A stretch of DNA of 42,721 nt from a bacterium (GTDB lineage Bacteria; UBA10199; 2-02-FULL-44-16; DYJF01). Shown here piece after piece: positions 17,944 through 29,130 of the stretch. Under the pieces are notes generated by a model that ran no database searches, was not told the DNA's origin, and worked only from the letters and a program-made list of their open reading frames with translations. The stretch lies in the NCBI GenBank assembly GCA_041739675.1, contig JBGSNL010000067.1, positions 1 to 42,721 on the forward strand, written 5' to 3'. Numbering within the stretch: the first letter of the stretch is position 1; each line of letters starts with the position of its first letter. The translations under genes were made by a program, and so were the position numbers.

Positions 17944-18783
17944 TTATAATCCCATCGAGGGCAACCAGTACTTCTCGTTCTTCTTTGCCCTGTCTATCTT
18001 AGCGAGTATTTCAAATGCTTTGAGGCCCGTTTCCAGACAACGCTTTTCGGCGAGATCTTTTGTTTCGGAATCTATGAACTCGTTTTTGTGGCGATTGGCG
18101 TAGATCGCGCACACGGCACCTGCGCGATGTCCGGCCAGCGTGGCAAGAGTGAGAAGGCAAGACGTTTCCATCTCAAGATTTGAGACGTTCATCTGATCCA
18201 ACTGCGCCAGCAGTTCAGGATTTCGAGGCGGAAACCCCGGAACTTTTCTGGCCTGCGCGCCGTAAAAGCCCGGCGCCGTCGCCGTGAGCCCTACGTGATA
18301 CGGGCTTTTCATCTGTTTTGCCGCTTCAAGAAGCGCTAAAATGACCTCGTGATTAGCAACCGCGGGATAACCTTCGACGACATAATTTGTGGACGTATTT
18401 TCAAGCCGCACGCCACCCGTTGAGATCACGAGATCGGCAAGCTCGATGCCTTTTTTAAGCGCGCCCGAAGAACCGATTCTTATGAACGTGGGATTTTTTA
18501 CGACCTGGCAGAGCTCAACGATTGCAATCTCAGTATTATCCGGCCCCATGCCCGTGGCCATCACGGAGATCGGCAGCCCCTTATATTTCCCGGTAATCGT
18601 CACGTACTCGCGGCTGGTCACGGGTTTGTCCGCTTTATCAAAATATTTCGCCACACGGTACGCGCGCGCGGGATCTCCGCACATCAAAATGTAGGGTGCA
18701 ACCTCCCCCGGCGCAAGACCTATATGATACTGCCTGCCCTCTTTAGTTGACACCAATTCAGCAGATTTGAATGTCTTTTTCAT
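17944..18783 (-). CDS. udp: Nucleoside phosphorylase (uridine phosphorylase family)
   Basis: QYHIGL, GDPAR, GMG, IRIGSSG, EME. Confidence 0.85.
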   Translation of the reverse strand: MKKTFKSAELVSTKEGRQYHIGLAPGEVAPYILMCGDPARAYRVAKYFDKADKPVTSREYVTITGKYKGLPISVMATGMGPDNTEIAIVELCQVVKNPTFIRIGSSGALKKGIELADLVISTGGVRLENTSTNYVVEGYPAVANHEVILALLEAAKQMKSPYHVGLTATAPGFYGAQARKVPGFPPRNPELLAQLDQMNVSNLEMETSCLLTLATLAGHRAGAVCAIYANRHKNEFIDSETKDLAEKRCLETGLKAFEILAKIDRAKKNEKYWLPSMGL

Positions 18784-18791
18784 GGCTCAAG

Positions 18792-18820
18792 ACCGTATTG
18801 CGATGCGGTTCAAAACTCAA
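18792..18820 (-). promoter_or_regulatory. Candidate sigma70 promoter for udp-nupC-tdk
   Basis: TTGAGT-N17-TACGGT, ending 8 nt before the udp ATG. Confidence 0.4.
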
Positions 18821-18822
18821 GC

Positions 18823-19434
18823 TCATTTTGCGGCGAGAGGCGCAAATGTCATTCTGTGGATCGGCGTGGGACCATGCTTGGAGAGCTCTTTCATGTGCAG
18901 ATCGGTTCCGTAGCCCTTGTGGATGGAAAAGGAAAAGTCGGGATAACGTTTTTGAAATTCGACCATCATGCGGTCGCGCGTAACCTTGGCGATAACGGAT
19001 GCCGCCGCGATTGTGATTGAACGCGCATCGCCCTTTTTCAAAGTCTTCTGGGGCAACCTGCTCTCGATTGGATATGGACCATCGATGAATAAAAGCGCCG
19101 GCTTGATTTTCATCTCATCGACGGCAATTTTCATCGCCTTGAGCGACGCCCTCAAAATATTTATGCGATCGATCTCCCACGGTTCGATGATTCCCACTCC
19201 CCACGCAAGAGCCTTGTCGCGGATGATATCGTAAAATTCGTCGCGCTGTTCTGCTGTTAGTTGTTTGGAATCTTTGAGGCCGGGGATATCGAGTCTCTTC
19301 GGAAGGATCACGCTTGCCGCAACCACAGGACCTGCAAGGCAACCACGGCCGGCCTCGTCGACACCGGCGATGGGGCCGGAATCTTCAAAACGCTCTTCAA
19401 AATAGCGGTTGCTAACCGGGGGTGAATCAAGCAA
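18823..19434 (-). CDS. rnhB: Ribonuclease HII
   Basis: [29 protein letters not shown]. Start uncertain (TTG 19434 or ATG 19491). Confidence 0.93.
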   Translation of the reverse strand: MLDSPPVSNRYFEERFEDSGPIAGVDEAGRGCLAGPVVAASVILPKRLDIPGLKDSKQLTAEQRDEFYDIIRDKALAWGVGIIEPWEIDRINILRASLKAMKIAVDEMKIKPALLFIDGPYPIESRLPQKTLKKGDARSITIAAASVIAKVTRDRMMVEFQKRYPDFSFSIHKGYGTDLHMKELSKHGPTPIHRMTFAPLAAK

Positions 19435-19828
19435 CAGCGGCTGGTTTGCCCTCGCCGGTTTGCGCTCCGGCCGTCTCCGCAATTTCTTCATAGGCTTGTT
19501 CGCGGACCCTGGCCGCCTTGCCTGAAAGCTCGCGCAGATAATATAGGCGCGAACGGCGGACCCTGCCGCGTGTGACGATTTCGATTGAGTCGATCAGCGG
19601 AGAATGGAGTGGAAAAACCCTCTCAACGCCCACTCCGTAGGACATTTTGCGAACTGTGAAGGATGCATTTTTGTTGCCGCGGCGCTTTCTTATGACTACC
19701 CCTTCAAAGGCCTGCGTGCGCTCTTTGTCGCCTTCTTTTATGATCGCATTGACGCAAACGGTGTCGCCCGGTCTGAAATCCGGAACCTTGCGCAGCCCCT
19801 CACGTGTGATTTTCTCGACGATATTCAT
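19427..19828 (-). CDS. rplS: 50S ribosomal protein L19
   Basis: [32 protein letters not shown] before ATG 19828. Confidence 0.97.
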   Translation of the reverse strand: MNIVEKITREGLRKVPDFRPGDTVCVNAIIKEGDKERTQAFEGVVIRKRRGNKNASFTVRKMSYGVGVERVFPLHSPLIDSIEIVTRGRVRRSRLYYLRELSGKAARVREQAYEEIAETAGAQTGEGKPAAVA

Positions 19829-19848
19829 ATAGGCTCCTGTTTCCAATG

Positions 19849-19892
19849 GGATCCTTCGCCCACAAAGTCTCAGACAGCGGGCTCAGGATGAC
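19849..19892. repeat. REP-like palindromic element
   Basis: GGATCCTTCGCCC...GGGCTCAGGATGAC: ATCCT/AGGAT and GCCC/GGGC stems, resembling the widespread GTCATCCTGAG...CGAAGGATC intergenic repeat. Confidence 0.55.
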
Positions 19893-19909
19893 CCCTCCTA
19901 AAGTCGGGG

Positions 19910-20620
19910 TCACTTAGCGGTTTTTATTGTATTTGTCAAACTCTTTGCCCTGTCCAAAAGGTCGGGACGACGCTCCCGGGTGCGTAAAATTGCCTTTTCC
20001 CGCCTCCATTTGGCGATTTCGGCATGGTGGCCGGATAACAGGACGTCCGGCACCTTCTCCCCTCTGAACGTTTCAGGGCGTGTATACTGGGGATATTCCA
20101 GAAGGCCCTCCTCAAAAGATTCCGACTCCGTGGAGGCCTCGTTGCCCAAAACGCCGGGGATGAGACGCGTCACGGCATCGATAACCACCATGGCCGGAAT
20201 TTCCCCGCCCGCAACAACATAGTCGCCTATCGATATTTCGCGATCGGCGATGAGTTTCCGCGCTCGCTCGTCAACTCCTTCATAACGCCCGCAGATCAGA
20301 ACAAGCTGGTCATATGTAGCAAGATCCCTCACGATCGCCTGCGTAAGCGGCTCACCCTGCGGTGTCATGAGTATGCGGCATCTCTTGCCGGTGGCGGGAA
20401 GCGCTTCGACGCACGCGACAAGCGGTTCGGGGCGCATCACCATGCCGGCACCTCCGCCATACGGGGTGTCGTCCACCGATCTGTGCACGTCGGTCGTGAA
20501 ATCCCTAATGTCGTGCAGTGCCACTTCGATCTTGCCCGCTTCGCGCGCACGTTTGAGGATCGATTCGGCCAGCGGAGAATCGAACATTTTTGGAAAAATT
20601 GTGACGACATCGAAACGCAT
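19910..20620 (-). CDS. trmD: tRNA (guanine37-N1)-methyltransferase
   Basis: [36 protein letters not shown]. Confidence 0.97.
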   Translation of the reverse strand: MRFDVVTIFPKMFDSPLAESILKRAREAGKIEVALHDIRDFTTDVHRSVDDTPYGGGAGMVMRPEPLVACVEALPATGKRCRILMTPQGEPLTQAIVRDLATYDQLVLICGRYEGVDERARKLIADREISIGDYVVAGGEIPAMVVIDAVTRLIPGVLGNEASTESESFEEGLLEYPQYTRPETFRGEKVPDVLLSGHHAEIAKWRREKAILRTRERRPDLLDRAKSLTNTIKTAK

Positions 20621-20622
20621 AT

Positions 20623-21147
20623 CTAATCCAGCATCCCTTCCATCGGTTCAATGATCATCCGGCCCTTCTCGACATCAATCTCTTTTATGACGCTGGCTAT
20701 CGCAGGGATCAAAATTGTCTCCCCTTTTGGAGGCTTGATCTCGTAGACGTCGTTGCTGCCTGTCGAAAAAATGTGCACTATTTTGCCGATTTTCTTTCCG
20801 TCTTTTAAGAAAACATCGAGCCCCAGTATCTGATAAGAGTAATATTCATTTTTCTTGAGCTTGGGCAGACAATCTTCGGGGACGTATATTTTCTTATTTG
20901 TGAGCGTCTTCGCTTCGTTCGGATCTTCAACTCCTGCAATTGAAACAACAAAGCGGCCGTTATGATGTCTTGAACTCAAAACAACATGCGGGACGTAGCC
21001 TCCGCCGGTTTCCAGCGTGTATACCTCCCCACGCCCAACCTCGACGGGACACGCCCCGCTCATCCAAAAAACCGAAATCTGACCTTTAATACCCCAAGGG
21101 CGACCAAACTTTCCGCATTCTATCCATTTTGATCGCCTACTGGGCAT
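20623..21147 (-). CDS. rimM: 16S rRNA processing protein RimM
   Basis: GxxG motif (WGIKG), EYY, TGSNDVY, LIP; conserved position. Confidence 0.92.
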   Translation of the reverse strand: MPSRRSKWIECGKFGRPWGIKGQISVFWMSGACPVEVGRGEVYTLETGGGYVPHVVLSSRHHNGRFVVSIAGVEDPNEAKTLTNKKIYVPEDCLPKLKKNEYYSYQILGLDVFLKDGKKIGKIVHIFSTGSNDVYEIKPPKGETILIPAIASVIKEIDVEKGRMIIEPMEGMLD

Positions 21148-21149
21148 CA

Positions 21150-21392
21150 CTATTCAATTATCTCAAGCACCGAGTGCCTGCGGATCTTTGCCGACGCCGC
21201 AGAGAGGATCTGCCTCATTGCGCGGGCCGTGCGGCCTTCCTTGCCGATCACTTTTCCCAAATCCTCTTTCGCAACCCGGAGCTCGACGACTGTGGTCTGC
21301 TCGCCTTCGACTTCGGCAACTTCCACTTTGTCCGGGCTGTCCACAAGCGCCTTCGCGATCACCTCTATCAATCCCTTCATCTCATTCGCCAT
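21150..21392 (-). CDS. khpA: KH-domain RNA-binding protein KhpA
   Basis: [13 protein letters not shown]; lies between rpsP and rimM. Confidence 0.93.
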   Translation of the reverse strand: MANEMKGLIEVIAKALVDSPDKVEVAEVEGEQTTVVELRVAKEDLGKVIGKEGRTARAMRQILSAASAKIRRHSVLEIIE

Positions 21393-21409
21393 ACGCTCCT
21401 CCTCATTTT

Positions 21410-21646
21410 CTACTTCATCGTCTTTAGCAAGTTGGCGACCGTCTCAGATGGTGTTGCGCCCTTGCCGATCCAATATGCGATGCGATCTTTATCGGCTTTG
21501 AACTTCTGCTGTTTGTTGTTGGGATCATAGGTCCCCACGACCTCTAAAAACTTTCCGTCCCGGGGCCTCTGCTTATCAGCCACGACGAGCCTGTAAAAGG
21601 GGTCGTTTTTCTTTCCGTAACGCGCCATTCTAATCCTTACTGCCAT
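21410..21646 (-). CDS. rpsP: 30S ribosomal protein S16
   Basis: [30 protein letters not shown] before ATG 21646. Confidence 0.97.
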   Translation of the reverse strand: MAVRIRMARYGKKNDPFYRLVVADKQRPRDGKFLEVVGTYDPNNKQQKFKADKDRIAYWIGKGATPSETVANLLKTMK

Positions 21647-21720
21647 GAAACCTCCTGTTTTAAAGTCGGAATTTACTATCAGCTTTAGGGGTCGCAAGTC
21701 AAGTACGCGAAATACTGTGA

Positions 21721-22581
21721 CTAGGCGATATCTGTGAGCCTTGCCACCACCTGCTCTATAACCCACCTTGGCGTGGAAGCGCCTGCCGTTACTCCTATCG
21801 AGTCAAAATCCTTGAATTTTTCAGACTCTATCTCAACGTCAGATTCAATTAAAAAGGTCGGCGTGCCCATTTCGCGCGAAATTTCGGCCAGACGGTTCGT
21901 ATTGGAGCTGTTTCTGCCCCCCACCACGACCATGGCGTCAACCTCCTTGGCAAGCTCACGAACCTCCTCCTGGCGGAGGTTCGTGGAGCGGCAAATCGTA
22001 TCGAATACAACGGCATCAGGGTAGCGGCCGCGTATTATGGCCACCAGTTCCTCGAATTTTTTACGCTGCTGCGTGCTTTGTGAGACGATGCAGACTTTTG
22101 AAAGATCGGCCGGCAGACGATCGATCTCTTCCACCGATATGACGCACGTGCCGTTCTTTTCGGCAAAGCCCAAGAGGGCCTTCACTTCAGGATGCTCCCT
22201 GTCGCCTATTATAATGATGAAATAGCCCTGCCTTAAATGCTTTCTGACCGTTCCCTGGATCATGCCCACGTCGGGGCAGGTCGCATCGCAGATGGAGGCG
22301 CCCGTCGCTTCAAGACGTCTTCTCTCGTCGGGTGGAACACCGTGCGTTCTGATCACGATCGTGCCCTGCAGTTTTGAAGGGATCTCTTTCAAAACGCGAA
22401 TGCCCTTTTGCTCTAAAACCTCGACGGCCTGCGGATTATGAATGAGGGGGCCGTACGTGTAGACCGGTTTCTGGGCGGGTTCGTTTTCGGCGATCCGCAT
22501 CACTTTCTCGAACGCGCGGGAAACTCCCCAGCAGAATCCGGCGGACTTCGCGACGATGATTTTTTTATTGAGCCCCTTCAT
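21721..22581 (-). CDS. ispH: 4-hydroxy-3-methylbut-2-enyl diphosphate reductase
   Basis: GFCWGV, DATCP, TIC, SSN, TAGASTP. Confidence 0.96.
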   Translation of the reverse strand: MKGLNKKIIVAKSAGFCWGVSRAFEKVMRIAENEPAQKPVYTYGPLIHNPQAVEVLEQKGIRVLKEIPSKLQGTIVIRTHGVPPDERRRLEATGASICDATCPDVGMIQGTVRKHLRQGYFIIIIGDREHPEVKALLGFAEKNGTCVISVEEIDRLPADLSKVCIVSQSTQQRKKFEELVAIIRGRYPDAVVFDTICRSTNLRQEEVRELAKEVDAMVVVGGRNSSNTNRLAEISREMGTPTFLIESDVEIESEKFKDFDSIGVTAGASTPRWVIEQVVARLTDIA

Positions 22582-23005
22582 TTATCTCCTGCGTCTTGTC
22601 CTTAGCGTGTTTCTTCGCGACGTTATCAAGTATGCCGTTGACGAACGCGCCCGATTCCTCCGTGCCGTAGCACTTTGCAATCTCGACCGCCTCGTTTATC
22701 GTAACCTTCACCGGGATGTCAGGACATCGCATCAACTCGTAAACTGCGATCCGCAAAATGTTTTTGTCGATTGAAGCCATCCTAGAAACTTTCCAGTTTG
22801 TGGAGAAAGATGAGATGACGTCGTCGATCTCGGAGAGGTTCTTCACGACTCCATCCACAAGGAAACTTGCAAACTGCCTCACATCGTCGTCGGCTTCCTG
22901 CGTCGTCCAGTAAGTGCCCAAGGCATCGGCAACCCTGCCTCCGCCCACATCGATCTGGTAGAGGAGTTGTAGTGCGCACTCGCGGGCTTTGCGTCTGCTT
23001 CCCAT
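22565..23005 (-). CDS. nusB: Transcription antitermination factor NusB
   Basis: RRKARE, INEAVEIAK, FVNGILD. Confidence 0.96.
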   Translation of the reverse strand: MGSRRKARECALQLLYQIDVGGGRVADALGTYWTTQEADDDVRQFASFLVDGVVKNLSEIDDVISSFSTNWKVSRMASIDKNILRIAVYELMRCPDIPVKVTINEAVEIAKCYGTEESGAFVNGILDNVAKKHAKDKTQEINEGAQ

Positions 23006-23019
23006 AGATCAGTACCCGG

Positions 23020-23484
23020 TTACAGTTGCTTTACGACATTTGCCATTTCAATGACCGCAAGGGCGGCATCTCTGCCCTTGTTACCGTGCTTCGTGCCTGC
23101 GCGTTCGATCGCCTGCTCCAGATCGTCAGCCGTTATGACGCCGAAAGTGACGGGACAGCCGTACTCAAGAGTCACGTGGTTGATGCCCTTTGCGAGCTCG
23201 GTCGCGATGTATTCGTGATGAGGCGTTCCGCCCTTGATGACAGCGCCCAGGCAGATCACGCCGTCGTACTTCTTGGTGGCCGCAAGTTTCTTCGCGGCAA
23301 GCGTGATTTCAAAAGAACCGGGGACCTTCACGATCGTGATCGCCTTCTCGTCTCCGCCGCTCCTGATGATCGCGTCCATCGCGCCCTCAAGGAGCTTGGT
23401 TGTGATGAGCTCGTTGAAGCGGGAGACTACGATTCCCAGTTTCAGGCCTGTAGCAGTTATGTTGCCTTCGATGACCTTTGGCAT
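23020..23484 (-). CDS. ribH: 6,7-dimethyl-8-ribityllumazine synthase
   Basis: [25 protein letters not shown]. Confidence 0.96.
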   Translation of the reverse strand: MPKVIEGNITATGLKLGIVVSRFNELITTKLLEGAMDAIIRSGGDEKAITIVKVPGSFEITLAAKKLAATKKYDGVICLGAVIKGGTPHHEYIATELAKGINHVTLEYGCPVTFGVITADDLEQAIERAGTKHGNKGRDAALAVIEMANVVKQL

Positions 23485-23496
23485 ATGCACCTCTCT

Positions 23497-24708
23497 TTAA
23501 ACTTTTTCCAGTAAATGGCCCAATTTGTTTCTCTTCGTTTCCAAATAAAATTTATTGTGCTCTGTGGGCTCGGATTCGATTGAAACACGCTCGGTTACTT
23601 CAAGCCCGTAACCTTCGAGGCCCACAATCTTTTTCGGATTGTTGGTGAGAAGCCTGATCTTCCTGATTCCCAGATCGACAAGTATCTGCGCGCCGATGCC
23701 GTAATCACGGAGATCCGCGTCGAAGCCCAGCTTCTCGTTGGCTTCCACCGTGTCGAGACCCTTGTCCTGCAGCGCATACGCGGAAATCTTGTTGTGAAGA
23801 CCGATGCCGCGCCCTTCCTGCTTGATATAAAGAACTACGCCCGCCTTCGCCTCAGATACCATTTCAAGCGAGCGCTTGAGTTGCCAGCCGCAATCGCATC
23901 TTGTGGAGCAGAAGACGTCGCCCGTCAGACATTCGGAATGGACACGCACGAGACACGGCTCGTCCGGATTAATCTCGCCTTTCACCATTGCAATGTGCGC
24001 GCATGCATCGATGTCGTTCGTGTAACTTATAATTCTGAAGTCATTTCCGTATTCAGTAGGAAGCTTTGCGTCGGCGCCGCGGTGCACGAGAGATTCGTAG
24101 CGCATGCGGTGTCTTATGATATCGGCGATCGTGACTATCGCCAGATCATGCTCCTTTGCGAATTTCTCAAGCTGGGGCATGCGCGACATGGAGCCGTCCT
24201 CGTTCATCACCTCACAGATAACTGCCGCGGGTTTCATCCCGGCAATGCGCGCGAGATCGACCGATCCTTCCGTCTGGCCGGTCCGCACGAGAACGCCGCC
24301 CGATTTGGCGCGAAGCGGAAAGATGTGGCCCGGGCGCGCAAGATCGGAAGGTTTTGCATCGTCTGCGATTGCGGCAAGAATTGTGGCCGCCCTGTCGGAC
24401 GCAGAAATTCCGGTCGTCGTCCCCTCTTTCGCGTCTATCGAAATGGTGAAACCGGTCTGGAAAAGCGAAGTGTTATCCTGCACCATGAGCGGGAGATTCA
24501 GATTATCGGCCCTCTCTTCGGTAAGAGCGAGGCAGACAAGGCCGCGGCCGTGTTTGAGCATGAAGTTGACCGCCTCAGGCGTAGCCTTCTCCGCCGCCAT
24601 CGCGAGATCGCCTTCGTTTTCGCGATCCTCGTCATCGACAAGGATGATCATCTTTCCATTACGGAAATCGTCGATGGCCCGCTCAATTGGATTTTTTTCA
24701 AAAACCAT
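23497..24708 (-). CDS. ribBA: Bifunctional DHBP synthase / GTP cyclohydrolase II
   Basis: [32 protein letters not shown]. Confidence 0.97.
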   Translation of the reverse strand: MVFEKNPIERAIDDFRNGKMIILVDDEDRENEGDLAMAAEKATPEAVNFMLKHGRGLVCLALTEERADNLNLPLMVQDNTSLFQTGFTISIDAKEGTTTGISASDRAATILAAIADDAKPSDLARPGHIFPLRAKSGGVLVRTGQTEGSVDLARIAGMKPAAVICEVMNEDGSMSRMPQLEKFAKEHDLAIVTIADIIRHRMRYESLVHRGADAKLPTEYGNDFRIISYTNDIDACAHIAMVKGEINPDEPCLVRVHSECLTGDVFCSTRCDCGWQLKRSLEMVSEAKAGVVLYIKQEGRGIGLHNKISAYALQDKGLDTVEANEKLGFDADLRDYGIGAQILVDLGIRKIRLLTNNPKKIVGLEGYGLEVTERVSIESEPTEHNKFYLETKRNKLGHLLEKV

Positions 24709-25348
24709 GCTTTTTCAGAAACTCCTCGGTGATCTTGGACTCTTTCCTGTACTCGTCGCTGTCCAGAAACGTGAGCTTTTCCACATATTTGCCGATGATG
24801 TCAACTTCCAAATTGACGCGGTCGCCGATCTTAAGCTTAGAAAACGTGGTCTTAAGCTTTGTGTGCGGTATGACCGTGACGGAAAACTGATTATTTTCAG
24901 CACGATTCGCGGTCAGCGAGACACCGTCGACCGCTATCGAACCCTTTTCGACAACATATTTTTTAAGTTGCTCGGGAATTTCGATCCTCAACTCCACCGA
25001 ACCTGAATGTTCTTTAATATCAACTACTTGTCCAACACCATCGACATGGCCCTGAACGATATGGCCGCCCAGACGAGCCCCCACCTGTAGGGCTCGCTCA
25101 AGGTTTACGGGATCGCCGGCTTTGATGTTTCCAAGTGTCGTAACGCTCGTCGTTTCACTCGAAACATCCGCCCAGAAACTCTTTCCAAGACGCGATGTGA
25201 CGGTGAGACAGGAGCCGTTGACCGAAATCGAATCGCCGACGTTCGATCTTTCAAGATCGAAATCGCAGGAGATCTCAATTTCCAATCCATCTCCCTTCTT
25301 TTTTACCGTTCGAACCGTTCCCACACCTTCGATGATGCCGGTGAACAT
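24698..25348 (-). CDS. ribE: Riboflavin synthase (alpha chain)
   Basis: N-terminal [21 protein letters not shown]. Confidence 0.97.
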   Translation of the reverse strand: MFTGIIEGVGTVRTVKKKGDGLEIEISCDFDLERSNVGDSISVNGSCLTVTSRLGKSFWADVSSETTSVTTLGNIKAGDPVNLERALQVGARLGGHIVQGHVDGVGQVVDIKEHSGSVELRIEIPEQLKKYVVEKGSIAVDGVSLTANRAENNQFSVTVIPHTKLKTTFSKLKIGDRVNLEVDIIGKYVEKLTFLDSDEYRKESKITEEFLKKHGF

Positions 25349-26436
25349 GAACCCTCCATCACAACGTTGTCCGCAAATGTTCGGATTCTCACTTCGCAGA
25401 GTCGAAGTGCAGATTTTAATTTGCCAATTGTGAGCCCAGGCAACCAGTCGCGACCTTCACCGCCGATGATTTTTGGCGAAATGCACGCGACCATCTTGTC
25501 GGCAAGGCGGCGGCGGACGAAATCCGAAAAAACCTGCCCCCCGCCCTCCACAAGAATAGACACAATGCCCATCGACCCCAGTTCGCTCAGGAGATGAGGA
25601 AGAAACACGCGGCCGGCGGAGGTCGCCCGGCAAACCAAAACCGCATGGCCCATTTTTCTGAATTTTTCTATCTTCGATCTGGAAGCAACGGAGGTCGTGG
25701 CTATGATGAGCTTTCCCTTTTTGCGTCTTGCAAGATTTGTTGCGAGCGGAAGCGCCAGTTTTTCGTCCAGCAAAACGGCGATGTTGCATTTTTCACGCTC
25801 ACCAGGCAACCGGACGGTCAGGCGGGGGTTATCTTTCAGGGCGGTCGCCATTCCTATAAGCACGGCGTCGGCCTTATCGCGGAGTTCGTGCACGTATCTT
25901 CTGCACGATTCGTTAGTGATCCATTTCGAATCTCCGGATCTTGTCGCAATTTTTCCGTCCAGCGAGAGAGCGACTTTGAGCGTGACGTACGGCACGCCGC
26001 TCACGATCCACTTACTGTATGGCAGATTGATCCGCTCGCATTCCTCTTTTAAAACACTCTCTGTTACCGATATCTTGCGGCGCTTTAAAATTTCCATCCC
26101 CCTGCCGCGCACGAGCGGGTTGGGATCGCGTTGCCCCACGATCACGCGTTTCACGCCGGATTTGATTATCGCGTCGGAACAGGGAGGCGTTCTGCCGTAA
26201 TGACAGCAGGGCTCAAGAGTGACGTAAAGATCCGCGCCGCGCGCCTTCGTTCCCGCCTTGCGAAGCGCCACAACCTCGGCATGTGAATCTCCCGCGCGCT
26301 TGTGATAACCCTCTCCGACAACGCGGCCGTTTTTCACGACAACGGCGCCGACAACCGGATTGGGAGATGTCCTGCCCTCTCCCTTGCGTGCCAGTTCAAG
26401 CGCCCGCTTCATGTATTTCTCATCTGCCTTTTTCAT
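25303..26436 (-). CDS. ribD: Riboflavin biosynthesis deaminase/reductase RibD
   Basis: PNPVVG, HAE, TLEPC, SLDGKIA, VEGG. Start at ATG 26436 (MKKADEKYM). Confidence 0.95.
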   Translation of the reverse strand: MKKADEKYMKRALELARKGEGRTSPNPVVGAVVVKNGRVVGEGYHKRAGDSHAEVVALRKAGTKARGADLYVTLEPCCHYGRTPPCSDAIIKSGVKRVIVGQRDPNPLVRGRGMEILKRRKISVTESVLKEECERINLPYSKWIVSGVPYVTLKVALSLDGKIATRSGDSKWITNESCRRYVHELRDKADAVLIGMATALKDNPRLTVRLPGEREKCNIAVLLDEKLALPLATNLARRKKGKLIIATTSVASRSKIEKFRKMGHAVLVCRATSAGRVFLPHLLSELGSMGIVSILVEGGGQVFSDFVRRRLADKMVACISPKIIGGEGRDWLPGLTIGKLKSALRLCEVRIRTFADNVVMEGSCSPASSKVWERFER

Positions 26437-26887
26437 TTTTTCCCAAAAGTTCCTGCAGCTCCGACATGAATTCATTGATGTCTTTGAACGATCTGTAAAC
26501 TGATGCGAAGCGGACGTATGCAACCTCATCCAACTTATGCAGCTCCTCCATCACGCGTTCGCCTATCGCAGAGCTTTTAATCTCCTCTTCGCCCTGCTCC
26601 ATCGCCCACCTTTCGATGCGGTCCACCACCTCGTCGATCGTCTCGACACTGACAGGTCTTTTTTCGCACGCCTTGCGGATGCCGGAGGCTATTTTCATGC
26701 GGTCGAACGATTCTCGCCGCCCGTCCTTCTTTGCGATTGCGGGGATTGGCTCCTCGACACGCTCATAGGTGGTGAAACGTTTCCCGCAGCGCTCGCACTC
26801 GCGCCTTCTGCGTATCAGAGCTCCCTCTTTGGATACGCGCGAATCGATCACCTTCGTTTCAGCTTCGGGACAATATGGGCATTTCAT
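26420..26887 (-). CDS. nrdR: Transcriptional repressor NrdR
   Basis: MKCPYC, RRRREC, ATP-cone, [10 protein letters not shown]. Confidence 0.97.
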   Translation of the reverse strand: MKCPYCPEAETKVIDSRVSKEGALIRRRRECERCGKRFTTYERVEEPIPAIAKKDGRRESFDRMKIASGIRKACEKRPVSVETIDEVVDRIERWAMEQGEEEIKSSAIGERVMEELHKLDEVAYVRFASVYRSFKDINEFMSELQELLGKNEKGR

Positions 26888-26890
26888 ATA

Positions 26891-28129
26891 TTAACGGTAG
26901 ATCGGAAATTTTTCGCAGAGCTTTCTTATCTCGGCCTTGATCTCCGTCTGCCTGCTTTCGTTTGTCACATCTTTGAGCACATCGGCGATCCAGCTGCCGA
27001 TTATTTTCATCTCGGCTTCCTTCATTCCCTTCGTCGTCAGCGCTGGCGTTCCGATGCGAATGCCGCTTGTGATGAAAGGCGAGCGGGTCTCGCGCGGAAT
27101 CGTATTTTTATTCACCGTGATTCCTGCACGGCCCAGTGCATCCTCGGCATCTTTTCCGGTGATGTTGCTTTCCGTCAGATCGACGAGAAATAGATGTGTA
27201 TCGGTGCCGCCCGTCACGATCCTGTGACCTTTTTCGGCAAGCGTGGCCGCAAGGGCCTTGCTGTTTTTCACTATCTGCTGGCAATACGTCTTGTAATCCG
27301 GCTGGAGATCTTCGAGGAAGGCAACTGCTTTCGCAGCGATCACATGCATCAGCGGGCCGCCCTGGATCCCCGGAAAGATCGTCTTGTTGATCTGCTTTTC
27401 ATAATCTTTCTGGAACATGATCATACCGCCGCGCGGGCCCCTTAATGTCTTGTGCGTTGTCGTCGTCACAAAATGGCAGTGCGGGACAGGGCTCGTGTGA
27501 AGGCCCGTTGCGACAAGCCCCGCCGGATGCGCGATGTCGGCAAGAACATATGCGCCCACTTCGTCAGCAATCTCTCTGAACTTTTTGAAATCTATATCGC
27601 GCGCATATGCGGATGCGCCGCACACGACCATCTTGGGCTTATGCTCTTTTGCCAGATCGCGCACGACATTGAAATCGATCCGCTCCGTTTCGGGATCGAC
27701 ACCATATGCGACCACCTTGAAAAATTTTCCGGAGAAATTCACCGGCGAGCCATGCGATAAATGGCCGCCCTGCGAAAGATTCATGCCCATGATCGTGTCG
27801 CCGGGATTCAAAACGGAAAAGTAGACCGCCATGTTTGCCTGCGAACCGGAATGGGGCTGCACGTTGGCACCCTCGCAGCCGAAGAGTTTCTTCGCGCGCT
27901 CGATCGCGAGGTCCTCCGCCACATCCACAAATTCACAGCCTCCGTAATAGCGCTTATGGGGATACCCTTCAGCGTACTTATTCGTCATCACCGAACCCAA
28001 AGCTTCAAGAACGCGTTTTGAAACAAAATTCTCCGATGCAATGAGCTCCAGCTTATATTCCTGCCTGTCGATTTCACTCTCGATCGCCTTTGCAACATCC
28101 GGATCAAACTTCGCCAGATCGCTGTTCAT
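26891..28129 (-). CDS. glyA: Serine hydroxymethyltransferase
   Basis: [34 protein letters not shown]. Confidence 0.98.
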   Translation of the reverse strand: MNSDLAKFDPDVAKAIESEIDRQEYKLELIASENFVSKRVLEALGSVMTNKYAEGYPHKRYYGGCEFVDVAEDLAIERAKKLFGCEGANVQPHSGSQANMAVYFSVLNPGDTIMGMNLSQGGHLSHGSPVNFSGKFFKVVAYGVDPETERIDFNVVRDLAKEHKPKMVVCGASAYARDIDFKKFREIADEVGAYVLADIAHPAGLVATGLHTSPVPHCHFVTTTTHKTLRGPRGGMIMFQKDYEKQINKTIFPGIQGGPLMHVIAAKAVAFLEDLQPDYKTYCQQIVKNSKALAATLAEKGHRIVTGGTDTHLFLVDLTESNITGKDAEDALGRAGITVNKNTIPRETRSPFITSGIRIGTPALTTKGMKEAEMKIIGSWIADVLKDVTNESRQTEIKAEIRKLCEKFPIYR

Positions 28130-28203
28130 AGGACCTCCTATAGATCAGGGTTGGGTAAGAAGGGCTATCACACCCCCCTTTAAAGGGCAAGCAAGGTCAA
28201 AAA

Positions 28204-28635
28204 CTAAATTTTATCTATTTTTTCTACGCGGGCCGTGTGGCGGCCGCCGGCGAACGGAGTCTTGAGAAATACATCGGTGAGTAATTTTATTGTTTCGATG
28301 CTTGTAACGCGGCTTCCGAAACAGGCGACATTTGCATTATTGTGTTCGCGGGACAAGATCGCGTCGTTCTCGTCACGAAGCACTGCGGCGCGAACGCCCT
28401 TGTAGCGGTTTGCAACCATGCACATTCCGATCCCGCTGCCGCAGACGAAAATTCCGCGCTCTGCTTCGCCTCTCGAAACAAGCCTTGCCGCCTTTGAACC
28501 GAAATCCGGATAATCGGAACGTTCTTCAGACACTGCGCCGCAGTCCGCAATCTGATGGCCCTGTCCTTCAAGATATTTCTTGAGCACCTCTTTTTGGATG
28601 AAACCGGCATGATCAGATGCGATGGCGATTTTCAT
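28204..28635 (-). CDS. rpiB: Ribose-5-phosphate isomerase B
   Basis: SDHAG, DYPD, CGSGIG, HNNAN, GGRH. Confidence 0.95.
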   Translation of the reverse strand: MKIAIASDHAGFIQKEVLKKYLEGQGHQIADCGAVSEERSDYPDFGSKAARLVSRGEAERGIFVCGSGIGMCMVANRYKGVRAAVLRDENDAILSREHNNANVACFGSRVTSIETIKLLTDVFLKTPFAGGRHTARVEKIDKI

Positions 28636-28874
28636 TGGACCTTCTTTTGGAGATAAGCGATTACGTCGGCGACTTTTTCAAACTCCTCGGCATCCTCGTC
28701 GGGAATGTCGACTTCGAATTCCTCTTCAAGCGCCATGAGAAGCTCAATGACATCAAGCGAATCTGCGCCTAGGTCGTCTATAAATGTGGAATCGGGCTGG
28801 ACATCCTCATCGCCCAGACCAAGCTGGAGGGCAACTATTTCGCGGACCTTACGATCGATCGGTTCGGTCGCCAT
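28632..28874 (-). CDS. acpP: Acyl carrier protein
   Basis: DLGADSLD phosphopantetheine site; acidic 80-aa protein. Confidence 0.95.
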   Translation of the reverse strand: MATEPIDRKVREIVALQLGLGDEDVQPDSTFIDDLGADSLDVIELLMALEEEFEVDIPDEDAEEFEKVADVIAYLQKKVQ

Positions 28875-28889
28875 TTACGGCACCTTTTT

Positions 28890-29075
28890 TCAGGCAACTT
28901 CCATCTTTATGATTTCGCGGCCCTTGTAGAATCCGCAATGGATACAGACACGGTGCGGAAGCTTCGGCTGCTTGCACTGCGGGCAGACGGAAAGATCCAC
29001 ATTGTGGAGCTTAATGTTCTGCGCGCGCCTTGTATTCTTGCGCGATTTGTACGTTCTTTTCTTGGGAACTGCCAT
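28890..29075 (-). CDS. rpmF: 50S ribosomal protein L32
   Basis: MAVPK, CxxC...HRVCxxCG. Confidence 0.96.
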   Translation of the reverse strand: MAVPKKRTYKSRKNTRRAQNIKLHNVDLSVCPQCKQPKLPHRVCIHCGFYKGREIIKMEVA

Positions 29076-29130
29076 ATTTAAACCCCTTCCTTAAAGCGGA
29101 GCTCTGGCTACTATAAAAAGCCTAATATTG

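Noticed and set aside
23794..25006. Two ~300-aa plus-strand ORFs
   Set aside because: Entirely antisense to ribBA/ribE with no recognisable motifs.
25303..25348. 46-nt ribD/ribE overlap as a possible frameshift
   Set aside because: Both proteins appear complete; a short C-terminal run-on explains it.
26420..26900. FMN riboswitch ahead of the rib genes
   Set aside because: No intergenic space: ribD overlaps nrdR, which abuts glyA.
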